From positions 5,414 through 18,389 of the forward strand of contig CAYZSS010000015.1 of the NCBI GenBank assembly GCA_964480435.1: 12,976 nucleotides of DNA. Reading direction: 5' to 3'. Positions 1-7,175 of this stretch are shown in pieces. The notes under the pieces were generated by a model. The model was not told the origin of the DNA and made no database searches. It saw only the letters and a list, made by a program, of their open reading frames with translations. The translations under genes were made by a program, and so were the position numbers. Positions within the stretch are counted from its first letter, which is position 1, and each line of letters starts with the position of its first letter. The stretch comes from an uncultured archaeon (lineage in GTDB: Archaea > Iainarchaeota > Iainarchaeia > Iainarchaeales > 0-14-0-20-30-16).

Positions 1-55
1 TTGCGAAAATACCTGCGGTAGTGGGTACATAAAGTACCCAGGACGACCTCGATGA
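1..55. repeat. 55-bp perfect direct repeat, copy A (touches the window edge). It is a ghost copy of the last 12 nt of tRNA-Arg plus its 43-nt 3' trailer.
   Basis: nt 1-55 (ttgcgaaaatacctgcggtagtgggtacataaagtacccaggacgacctcgatga) match nt 78-132 base for base. Identity stops at 56 (c) versus 133 (g). There is an internal hairpin tgggtac-ataaa-gtaccca at 22-40. Confidence 0.9.
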
Positions 56-77
56 CTGCCTTTTAGAAAAAGGCAAG

Positions 78-117
78 TTGCGAAAATACCTGCGGTAGTG
101 GGTACATAAAGTACCCA
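78..117 (-). terminator. Candidate tRNA trailer terminator: hairpin followed by a T-run.
   Basis: The minus strand just 3' of the tRNA reads TGGGTAC-TTTAT-GTACCCA (7-bp stem, nt 99-117), then ...GGTATTTTCGCAA with a T4 run. Confidence 0.3.
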
Positions 118-132
118 GGACGACCTCGATGA
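78..132. repeat. 55-bp perfect direct repeat, copy B. It overlaps the genuine 3' end of tRNA-Arg (nt 121-132) and its trailer.
   Basis: Identical to nt 1-55. The two copies are separated by a 22-nt spacer (56-77, ctgccttttagaaaaaggcaag) that is itself a hairpin: tgcctttt / aaaaggca. Confidence 0.9.
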
Positions 133-194
133 GAGTCGAACTCATAATCCCCAGCTTAGGAGGCTGGTGCCTTATCCAATTAGGCCACGAGGTC
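121..194 (-). tRNA. tRNA-Arg, anticodon CCU; no encoded CCA.
   Basis: The reverse complement folds by hand into a cloverleaf. Acceptor GACCTCG/CGAGGTC (7 bp); TG; D-arm GCCT-AATTGGATA-AGGC; A; anticodon arm CCAGC-CTCCTAA-GCTGG; variable GGATT; T-arm ATGAG-TTCGACT-CTCAT; discriminator G. Total 74 nt. GC is much higher than in the flanks. Confidence 0.9.
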
Positions 195-224
195 CCGAGC
201 CTTTTAAGAAAAGGGTTCTAGGAC

Positions 225-260
225 ATATTATATATATTTTTATACTATTTCTTTTTATAG
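225..260. promoter_or_regulatory. AT-rich divergent promoter region with TATA-like elements, between tRNA-Arg (-) and the 841-aa gene (+).
   Basis: atattatatatatttttatactatttctttttatag lies 31-66 nt from the tRNA 5' end (194) and 15-50 nt from the ATG at 275. The exact TATA assignment is not resolvable by eye. Confidence 0.35.
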
Positions 261-274
261 GTTAGGGAATTATT

Positions 275-2800
275 ATGAATAAAAATGCAATCCTTGTTTT
301 TGCTTTATTTTTTATCCTTATTATCCCACTTTCTTTTTCTAGTCTTGGCAACCTACAGCATTATCAAAACAGTAAAAGTAGTTTTTACACAGGAGCACAC
401 CCTGCAAAAGGTCTAGACAAATCTTGTAATTTATCCTATATTTTACCAGAAAATATAGCTGAACTAAAAAGTTTAGGAATAAAGAAAATTATCGTACTAG
501 GGGGAGATTGCCTAAAACCACAAACTGTTGCAGGCCTAAGTAAAAATTATTTAGGAATTATTGAAGAAGATGGGTTTGAGTATGCATACATTAACATGGG
601 TTCAGTGATTATGAGCAAAAGTAAAAAATATGATGCAGAACTAGCAAAAGCATATTCCTGGCTAGACACTGCAAAAAATGATGTATATGTTCATTGTTAT
701 TATGGAGCACACAGAACAGGGGCTTTTGTGGGTAAATGGTTAATACAAAACAATTTAGCATCTCAGGAAAACAAAAATTATCAGAGAATTATAAAAAATT
801 TAAATTCATTAAAAGGAGAAACACGCACAGAATATCTAAATTGGGTAACAGGAAGTAGTCCTTTACCACAAAGTAACCCAACAGCTAAACAAAGCACAAG
901 TAATCCAGTTGTTAAAAAAGAAACAAGCACGCCAGTTACTAAAAAAGAGACTAGCAATTTATTTGTTAAAAAAGAATCCTACAATGAAAAAGAAGGATAT
1001 ACACTAAAAGTCAACCCAAACTTATATGATATTAAAATTTTATCTGCAAAAACTATTACTGGAAAGTTAAAAGCTACTGTTCAAGAAATGGTTGAAAAAT
1101 CAGGAGCCATTGCAGGAATAAATGCATCTTTCTTTAATGTTAATTCTGGTGGAGATTGCTCAAAACCAACAATATCAGGAGTACCCCTAGGGTTAATGAT
1201 TGAAAACAAAAAAGAATTATATTCATACTTAGGAAGTGGAGAATGGGATTGCCACCTAATGAAAACTACTGCATTTCCAAATAACTTTTTAGTGATAAAT
1301 AACAACATCCCAGAAATAGTTAATAAACAAACATATGATTCTAAATATAGTTCTAAAAATCCAGATTATGCAATACAAAGTGCAGCCTTAAAATATAATA
1401 ATATTTACAACTGTGATTTAGGTCTAAGTTATTGTAGTAATAAATCACACTCTGCATCCTACGCCTGTGTTACTTACGATAACAAACTTTTACTTGCAGT
1501 ATACAGAAAAGCCGGGACAACCTATCCAAATTCCTTTAATCAAAGATGTAAAGAAATTATGATTCTTGATGGAGGAGGAAGTTCATCCCTAATAGTACCA
1601 GAAAAAAATCTTTATTATTCCGGAGAACAAGACTCAAGTGCAGGGAGAGCTGTGCCAAACGCTATTTTAATATTTAAGAAAACAACACCAATCAAACAGG
1701 AAACACCCTTAGCAGAAGAAAATCCAGCCCCAGATCCAATCGAAAAAACTGATGAGATAATTTCTTTTTGTGATATTGACTCAGAGCAAGCAAGTATACT
1801 TTGCCAAGCCGGAGAAAAAATGCTTGATACTTTTTTCACTAAACCCACTAAAAGTAGTATCACAGAAAAACAAATAAATAACAATAACAGCGGTTCTTTT
1901 TCATTTGCAATAATCTCCGACACCCATGTAAATAATTCAAAAATTGGATTACAAAACTTAGATACTTTTGATAGAGCATTAAAAATTTCATTAGATAATG
2001 AAGTTAGTTTTATTGTAGGAGACGGAGATTTAATAGAAAGTGCAAAAAAAGGAGGGGGATTAGTTTCTTCAGACCCTGAAATTGCAAAAAAACAATCCAG
2101 AGAAAACTTTGATTTATTCTATAATAAAATTAAAAACTTATCCACCCCATTTTTCCCTGTTGCTGGAAATCACGATTATTCTTTCTTTAGCGAGTATTGG
2201 AAAGGAACCAAAGAATCAAACATCAACAACCTAAAAAATAATAATTCTAATCTTAATTTCTCAGGAGTCTATCCTAACTATTATGCTTTTTCCTACAATA
2301 ATTCAAGGTTTATTATTTGGTACGCTGTAGGATCTGGACAAGGCGGACAACTAGGTACAGACTGGCTTTTATCAGAGTTATATAAAACAACAAATGTAAA
2401 ATATGACCATGTATTTGTATTTGCACACTACCCACTATTAGATATCACTAGTGCTAACTCACAAGTAGGATACAACAAGCAACAACTAATTGAGGCATTA
2501 AATAGCGCTAATGCAACATATATTGCAGGCCACGCGCATGTATTCTATTTATCAAAGGTTGAGGGAGTAGAACAAATTCTAGTTGGAACACTTTCCACCA
2601 GAACCCAATATACAATAAAAACTACCAACGTGTCCCAATTCCCAAAGAACTTTCTAATAGTTAATGTTTCTGGAGCTGATATTTCTCTAGAGCCATATTC
2701 AGGAAATAATTTGACTGCTGGATTCGACAAATCATTTTGGCCAGCAGATATGCTAGCAATATCACAAGAATTAAGTGAATCAACAATTCAGATATCCTAA
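275..2800 (+). CDS. Secreted or anchored multidomain phosphoesterase: signal peptide, PTP/DSP-like Cys phosphatase, KKETS linker, phosphodiester glycosidase (NAGPA-like, ex-DUF2233), and calcineurin-like metallophosphoesterase.
   Basis: The N-terminal signal-like segment is MNKNAILVFALFFILIIPLSFSS. The PTP signature VHCYYGAHRTG (C141-X5-R147, nt 689-721) is intact. NAGPA-like motifs GAIAGINASFFN and ILDGGGSSSL are present. The full metallophosphoesterase motif set is present: SDTHVN (D at 1919-1921), GDGDL, GNHDY (2165-2179), FAHYPL, GHAHVF. Confidence 0.85.
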   Translation: MNKNAILVFALFFILIIPLSFSSLGNLQHYQNSKSSFYTGAHPAKGLDKSCNLSYILPENIAELKSLGIKKIIVLGGDCLKPQTVAGLSKNYLGIIEEDGFEYAYINMGSVIMSKSKKYDAELAKAYSWLDTAKNDVYVHCYYGAHRTGAFVGKWLIQNNLASQENKNYQRIIKNLNSLKGETRTEYLNWVTGSSPLPQSNPTAKQSTSNPVVKKETSTPVTKKETSNLFVKKESYNEKEGYTLKVNPNLYDIKILSAKTITGKLKATVQEMVEKSGAIAGINASFFNVNSGGDCSKPTISGVPLGLMIENKKELYSYLGSGEWDCHLMKTTAFPNNFLVINNNIPEIVNKQTYDSKYSSKNPDYAIQSAALKYNNIYNCDLGLSYCSNKSHSASYACVTYDNKLLLAVYRKAGTTYPNSFNQRCKEIMILDGGGSSSLIVPEKNLYYSGEQDSSAGRAVPNAILIFKKTTPIKQETPLAEENPAPDPIEKTDEIISFCDIDSEQASILCQAGEKMLDTFFTKPTKSSITEKQINNNNSGSFSFAIISDTHVNNSKIGLQNLDTFDRALKISLDNEVSFIVGDGDLIESAKKGGGLVSSDPEIAKKQSRENFDLFYNKIKNLSTPFFPVAGNHDYSFFSEYWKGTKESNINNLKNNNSNLNFSGVYPNYYAFSYNNSRFIIWYAVGSGQGGQLGTDWLLSELYKTTNVKYDHVFVFAHYPLLDITSANSQVGYNKQQLIEALNSANATYIAGHAHVFYLSKVEGVEQILVGTLSTRTQYTIKTTNVSQFPKNFLIVNVSGADISLEPYSGNNLTAGFDKSFWPADMLAISQELSESTIQIS
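902..982 (+). repeat. Three 27-nt imperfect tandem coding repeats (9-aa units) forming an interdomain linker.
   Basis: The units encode NPVVKKETS / TPVTKKETS / NLFVKKESY. The DNA units share ...gttaaaaaagaaacaagc / ...actaaaaaagagactagc / ...gttaaaaaagaatcctac. Confidence 0.7.
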
Positions 2801-2802
2801 AA

Positions 2803-3501
2803 TTAGAAGTACTTTTCAATAAGGTGAAGATTCTTATTATAGAAATTATATTGTTCTAAGTTTCCTACACTATACCAAAAGAAATTACTTGTATAAGAGT
2901 ATATTTTCATATTTCTCTTTAGTAGTCTTGGGAATACATCTCTTGCAAAACCATCTCCAAACTCAATATGGTTAAAAATTTGCGGTTTAAAGAAATAGAT
3001 ACCCGTGTTTGTAAGAAATTTATTTATTGGCTTCTCTTTAAACCCAGTAACATAATTATTTTTAGTTTCTAATACACCATAATCATATTTTGTTTCATAT
3101 TCTATTGCTGCAATGCTTGCAATAGCCTTGCTTTCCTTATGTCTATCATAAAAATCCCTGAAGTCAATATTAGTGATATCATCCCCAACAGTAACAAAGA
3201 AATCATCTGAAAATATGTCTTTACTTTGAAGTACAGAACCAGCAGTGTTAGCAGCAGCAGAAGAAGAAATATAATCTATTTTCAGTCTATAATTATCCTT
3301 TACTTGCTCCACATGATCTATAATTTGATCTTTAAGATGTCCTACAGCCAAGTATACTTTATTAACACCTTCACGATCTATATTTTTTAGAATATAATCA
3401 AGAAGAGTATAATTACCTAATTTTAATAAAGATTTGGGAGTTTTTTCTGTTAGGTGACCCATTCTGGTTCCATAACCTCCACATAAAATAATTCCTTGCA
3501 A
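2803..3501 (-). CDS. Sugar-phosphate nucleotidyltransferase (NTP_transferase fold; substrate specificity unknown).
   Basis: It carries the N-terminal GxGTR signature GIILCGGYGTRMGHLTEKTPKSLL and a VGDD-type motif. The ORF track starts at GTG 3513. However, the minus strand reads gtGGTGATttatTTG, so the GTG codons look like the SD and TTG 3501 gives the canonical N-terminus MQGIILCGGYGTR. Confidence 0.8.
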   Translation of the reverse strand: MQGIILCGGYGTRMGHLTEKTPKSLLKLGNYTLLDYILKNIDREGVNKVYLAVGHLKDQIIDHVEQVKDNYRLKIDYISSSAAANTAGSVLQSKDIFSDDFFVTVGDDITNIDFRDFYDRHKESKAIASIAAIEYETKYDYGVLETKNNYVTGFKEKPINKFLTNTGIYFFKPQIFNHIEFGDGFARDVFPRLLKRNMKIYSYTSNFFWYSVGNLEQYNFYNKNLHLIEKYF

Positions 3502-3523
3502 ATAAATCACCACAATTTTTTAG

Positions 3524-4132
3524 TTATATGAAAAATAGCAAAAATGCGATAGAAGTAAATAAAGGAATTGTATAGTTGCTATCTATGTGTGGCAACAAAT
3601 CAAACAGAGCCGCAATTAAAGACAAGTATACAAATATTATGACTGCATATGGGAACAGCAAGTAAAACACAAGTATATTAACTAATACAGCAATTACAAA
3701 TCCTTCCACACTTATTTTTGCATTTATAAAGTGCAAATGGTTTCTAAATAAAGCCTGCACAGGTTTTATTAGATTATGTCCAAAAGCCAAAGGCACTAAT
3801 CCCATTAATGCAACAGTAACTAAAGGAAATACAGCAAAGTATTGCAATATCCACAGTATAATTAAGAAAAATATATATCCTAAAAGTATTGCAAGTGTTT
3901 CTTTTCCAGAAAACCCTTTCTCATATTGTCTTTCAAATCTAAGTAAAACTGTTTCTAATGGTTTTAGGTGAACTACCTTTGTAAATATTACTAACAAAAT
4001 AAATATTCCTGTTAAAATCCACAGAGTAGGTAAAAAGTCCAAAAAATACAATGATAGCATTAAAATAATACAAAATGCTAAATTTATAAGAAATCTTTCT
4101 AAAGCTCTTTTTACAACTTGCAAATTATTCAC
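3524..4132 (-). CDS. Polytopic membrane protein, possibly a degenerate CTP-dependent polyprenol (dolichol) kinase / CdsA-superfamily member.
   Basis: It has about 6 hydrophobic segments. Loose matches to family landmarks are AFGHNLIKP...AKISVEGFV (compare GD..A..G....KS.EG) and C-terminal DLLPHIDSNYTIPL (compare DN.tiP). The start is uncertain: GTG 4132 lies inside aaAGGTGAataatTTG, so TTG 4123 is an alternative. It sits 10 nt upstream of the nucleotidyltransferase and is probably in the same operon. Confidence 0.4.
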   Translation of the reverse strand: MNNLQVVKRALERFLINLAFCIILMLSLYFLDFLPTLWILTGIFILLVIFTKVVHLKPLETVLLRFERQYEKGFSGKETLAILLGYIFFLIILWILQYFAVFPLVTVALMGLVPLAFGHNLIKPVQALFRNHLHFINAKISVEGFVIAVLVNILVFYLLFPYAVIIFVYLSLIAALFDLLPHIDSNYTIPLFTSIAFLLFFI

Positions 4133-4225
4133 CTTTTTATATATAACATATAAAACTCACTCAATTATATAAACATTCCTTTTATGAAAACAGCTTGCTA
4201 ACCTAAATGCAGTATTTTATTTATA

Positions 4226-5263
4226 TTACTTACCAACACAAGAGTCATAGCTCATTTTTTCATTACTTAGTGCTACCTCCTGAGTATAAGAGATATATTC
4301 TTTTCCGGTTTTCAAATTCCACTGCTCAGAACACATTGAAGGAGCTAAACAGCCACTACAGCTAAATTTTTTAATACACACCCCTTCTGCAAAATTATAG
4401 GTATTTTCGTTTAGCGTTTCTACCGCTGTACAACCAGTTAATAAATTTTGGTAACTAGATACAAAATTCATGTTCTCCGCTTTAAAATACATGTTACAAA
4501 GCGGGAAATCTTGAATAAATCCATCTTTTATTTCCTGGATCTTACCATAAATTCCAGGGCAACTACTTATATACAAACCTGTATACTTTCCAACATTCTT
4601 CACATTAAATGAAATTTTATCTGTGCCAACTGTTTTTGATGCCAATTTCGTAAAAAAGTCTATATTCAGATATATACTATCATAATTAGAAACATCAACA
4701 TCCCCAATTAGCAAGTTAGTTTCATAGTTTGGATTATTGCCTAAATCTAAAGTATAATCTTGTAAAATATTATAGTCGTTTTTTGTGAATTCATTTTGTA
4801 TTACTTGTTTTGAGTCGTCTTTATTCAACCCAAAGATAATTAAACAATAAATTTGTGGGTCAACAAAAGATTCATCATCAAATAACACATTAGAAAAATT
4901 AGGATAACAAATTGTTGAGAACTTCATATCTTTTTTTACTTTCGGGGTAACTGTGATTTTTTTATACAAATCTACACTTGGAACAGGAGATAAATTCATC
5001 ATTTCTACACTCTTATCTAAAGTATAATAAGAATAAACTATATCTAAATTAGCAGGCAGATAGTCCTTTATACTATTATAATTCAAAAGGTTTTCAAATC
5101 TTCCACTACTTGTAAAAAAGTAACCAGGGCTCTCATAGGACAGCTTTAGACTATTAGCTATTGCTTTTTCCATTGGGTCTACTGGTATAAAGAAAAAGAA
5201 GTAGATTATTCCAATCAGCGCCATTGCCACAATAAATAATATTACTATCTTAAAAACATCCAT
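4226..5263 (-). CDS. N-terminally anchored, Cys-rich extracytoplasmic protein of unknown function.
   Basis: ATG start with gaagggatc upstream. The N-terminal TM segment is FKIVILFIVAMALIGIIYFFFFIP. Asn/Asp/Tyr-rich body. Cysteines cluster in the C-terminal third (CPG..., PLCN, TGC, GVC, FSCSGCLAPSMC, DSC). I recognise no family. Confidence 0.6.
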   Translation of the reverse strand: MDVFKIVILFIVAMALIGIIYFFFFIPVDPMEKAIANSLKLSYESPGYFFTSSGRFENLLNYNSIKDYLPANLDIVYSYYTLDKSVEMMNLSPVPSVDLYKKITVTPKVKKDMKFSTICYPNFSNVLFDDESFVDPQIYCLIIFGLNKDDSKQVIQNEFTKNDYNILQDYTLDLGNNPNYETNLLIGDVDVSNYDSIYLNIDFFTKLASKTVGTDKISFNVKNVGKYTGLYISSCPGIYGKIQEIKDGFIQDFPLCNMYFKAENMNFVSSYQNLLTGCTAVETLNENTYNFAEGVCIKKFSCSGCLAPSMCSEQWNLKTGKEYISYTQEVALSNEKMSYDSCVGK

Positions 5264-5378
5264 AAGCTGATCCCTTCGGTTGATTACATATATTTATATA
5301 TATTTTGATACCCATTCTATTTAAGTTTTAACTTATATTTATAAATGTTTAATTATAAAAATATATCTAGGTGATGTA

Positions 5379-5660
5379 ATGGCAAATAAGAAACCAAAAG
5401 GACCAAGAGCAAATACAAGAAATTCTTTTAAAGGCAGTAAACTAACTATTGAGCAAAGATTAAAAGAGTTGGAAGTTGGCTCAAAAGTAGTAGTAAAAGC
5501 AAATGGAAGATACCAGAATGGTATGCCTAACAGAAGATTTACTGGTAAAATCGGGTCAGTAGAAAAGAAAGTAGGATTATCAAGTTATATGATTAATTTT
5601 TTAAGAGAAAAAAAGAAACTAATTATTGGCATATGCCATTTAAAACAGGTAAAAGATTAA
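5379..5660 (+). CDS. rpl21e: Ribosomal protein L21e.
   Basis: MANKKPKGPRANTRNSFKG...LEVGSKVVV...NGMPNRRFTGKIGSV matches the L21e pattern (basic N-terminus, EVGDKV, GMPHRRYHGK.G.V). SD ctaGGTGATgtaATG. Confidence 0.9.
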   Translation: MANKKPKGPRANTRNSFKGSKLTIEQRLKELEVGSKVVVKANGRYQNGMPNRRFTGKIGSVEKKVGLSSYMINFLREKKKLIIGICHLKQVKD

Positions 5661-5670
5661 GGTGTTAATT

Positions 5671-6015
5671 ATGCAAAAAGCTGAAACTAAAGAGCCAATT
5701 TCATTTGCAGAAGCAAAAGATATTATCACAAAGATAATAAAAGAAAAAAAAGAAAATGACTTAGAGCCTACCTATGAACAGGAAAGCACTCTAAAGTATA
5801 TTTCTGCTTTTGAAAAACTTAATAAAAAAGATTCTGAAAAGCTTTACAAGGAGCTAGTAGGATTAAAAATCCCAGCTAATGTTGCCATGAATATAGTAAA
5901 CATAATGCCAAAAGAAAAAGAGACATTAGAAGCAATATTAACAAAAAGAAGCGATTTTGATGATGCTAAACTTGTAGAAATCTTTAAATTATTAGATAAC
6001 TATAGGAAAGAATAA
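5671..6015 (+). CDS. rpoF: RNA polymerase subunit Rpo4/F.
   Basis: ISFAEAKDII...YEQESTLKYISAFEKL...EKLYKELVGL...VNIMPKEKETLEAIL...KLLDNYR resembles archaeal RpoF, and the gene follows rpl21e as in the conserved archaeal pair. I prefer ATG 5671 (SD AAGGTG at 5659-5664, 6-nt spacer) to the ORF-track GTG at 5662, which sits inside that SD. Confidence 0.8.
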   Translation: MQKAETKEPISFAEAKDIITKIIKEKKENDLEPTYEQESTLKYISAFEKLNKKDSEKLYKELVGLKIPANVAMNIVNIMPKEKETLEAILTKRSDFDDAKLVEIFKLLDNYRKE

Positions 6016-6034
6016 AACTTTCCCAAGTTTTATT
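6011..6034. terminator. Bidirectional hairpin shared by convergent rpoF and the methyltransferase gene.
   Basis: aataaaactt-tccc-aagttttatt forms a 10-bp perfect stem with a 4-nt loop. The rpoF stop TAA (6013-6015) and the MTase stop (6030-6032) both lie inside the stem. On the plus strand it is followed by ttttt. Confidence 0.55.
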
Positions 6035-7175
6035 TTTGTAGCACAATAGTAAACTCTTTTACTTTTCCAAGCTTTGTGGTTCTATCTTTATGACAGACCA
6101 ATTCTCTATTCACTTCACTTTCCACAAATTTAAACCATAAATTATCAGCTAATTTTATAGTATAATCATAAATATCCACTGCATGGTTCTTGAAACAACC
6201 ACCAGCAATAACTACTACTAAGTATCCATTTTTATTAAGCAAGCCATAACTTTTCTTAAAGAACATTTCCAGCCCTGTAAAGTAATTATCCACACTATAA
6301 TTTGCCATTTTGTGTTCAGAATCCAGCCTTATCTTTGGCAAAATACTTGAGAAAAATATAGTATAAAAATTACAATCTTTATTTTCTATTGATTCTGATT
6401 CATTTCCCAGCCCAGGGAGATAAGTTGCAGAATCCAAAAACCAAAGTTCAATCCCATACCTTTTGGTGTATTCTGTTTTATTCAAATAAGGGGGACTAGT
6501 AATAATTAAGTCAAACTTATTGTTTTCAGGGATATCGTGCACAGACCCATTGTGGACTTCTGCTTTTCCACTGAAAAGTTTTTTTCGTTCCCCTCTCTTA
6601 AGATCTTTTATCTGGTTTTTTATCATTTTTTCAAAAACAGCATAAACATTGAATATTGGTACTGCCCTCTTTTTCAAAGATTTTCCTACTTTCTTTGCTT
6701 TTGTTACTGTTTCCAATGTCCTCATTAGAGCCAATATAAAAAAGTCTTTGTAATGCAATTCTAATGATTCAATTCTATCTCTTAGATCTAGCAGACTATC
6801 CAAAACTTCTTTATGAAAGTATTGTTTTACCCAGGCAGGAGTATCAACCTCTAATTTCACAGGATTTATGCTCAACACTTTTTCCTGTTCTTGTTCCAAT
6901 TCTTCAATATTATAATCCCCAGTCTTTGCCCTGCTTACAATTGACATAAGTTTAGAGATATCATAACCAACTGCAGAAAGCCCATTCTCTTTTGCAACCA
7001 AAAGAGTTGTTCCTGTTCCACAAAAAGGGTCCAACACCTTTCCTTTCACATTGTACTTTTTAATATACTTATTAACAATTCCTCTGGAAAACGCTTCAGT
7101 AAAATAAAACCAATTATATATTGGGTAGGTATTATTACCTCTATATGTTGTCCAAAGCTCTGGTTTCCAGCTCAT
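6030..7175 (-). CDS. SAM-dependent N4/N6-type (probably DNA) methyltransferase; solitary.
   Basis: Motif I is VLDPFCGTGTTLL (aa 48-60) and motif IV is IITSPPYLN (aa 224-232). SD aatGGTGATtATG. No nuclease-like partner is present in the window. Confidence 0.75.
   Translation of the reverse strand: MSWKPELWTTYRGNNTYPIYNWFYFTEAFSRGIVNKYIKKYNVKGKVLDPFCGTGTTLLVAKENGLSAVGYDISKLMSIVSRAKTGDYNIEELEQEQEKVLSINPVKLEVDTPAWVKQYFHKEVLDSLLDLRDRIESLELHYKDFFILALMRTLETVTKAKKVGKSLKKRAVPIFNVYAVFEKMIKNQIKDLKRGERKKLFSGKAEVHNGSVHDIPENNKFDLIITSPPYLNKTEYTKRYGIELWFLDSATYLPGLGNESESIENKDCNFYTIFFSSILPKIRLDSEHKMANYSVDNYFTGLEMFFKKSYGLLNKNGYLVVVIAGGCFKNHAVDIYDYTIKLADNLWFKFVESEVNRELVCHKDRTTKLGKVKEFTIVLQK

Noticed and set aside
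1-77. Split-tRNA 3' half gene, as in Nanoarchaeum.
   Set aside because: Only the last 12 nt of the tRNA are duplicated. A 3' half would start near position 38 and include the whole T-arm. In addition, an intact full-length tRNA-Arg is present next door.
1-132. Possible CRISPR array (a repeat, a short unique spacer, then the repeat again).
   Set aside because: Only two copies are visible. The 55-bp repeat is longer than typical CRISPR repeats, while the 22-bp spacer is shorter than typical spacers. The repeat also demonstrably contains the 3' end and trailer of the adjacent tRNA.
1081-2730. Minus-strand ORFs 1081-1308, 1615-1923 and 2545-2730.
   Set aside because: All lie antisense inside the 841-aa gene, whose frame carries three intact catalytic motif sets. 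Their translations are Leu/Phe/Ser-rich, as expected for shadow ORFs of AT-rich coding DNA. None has an SD.
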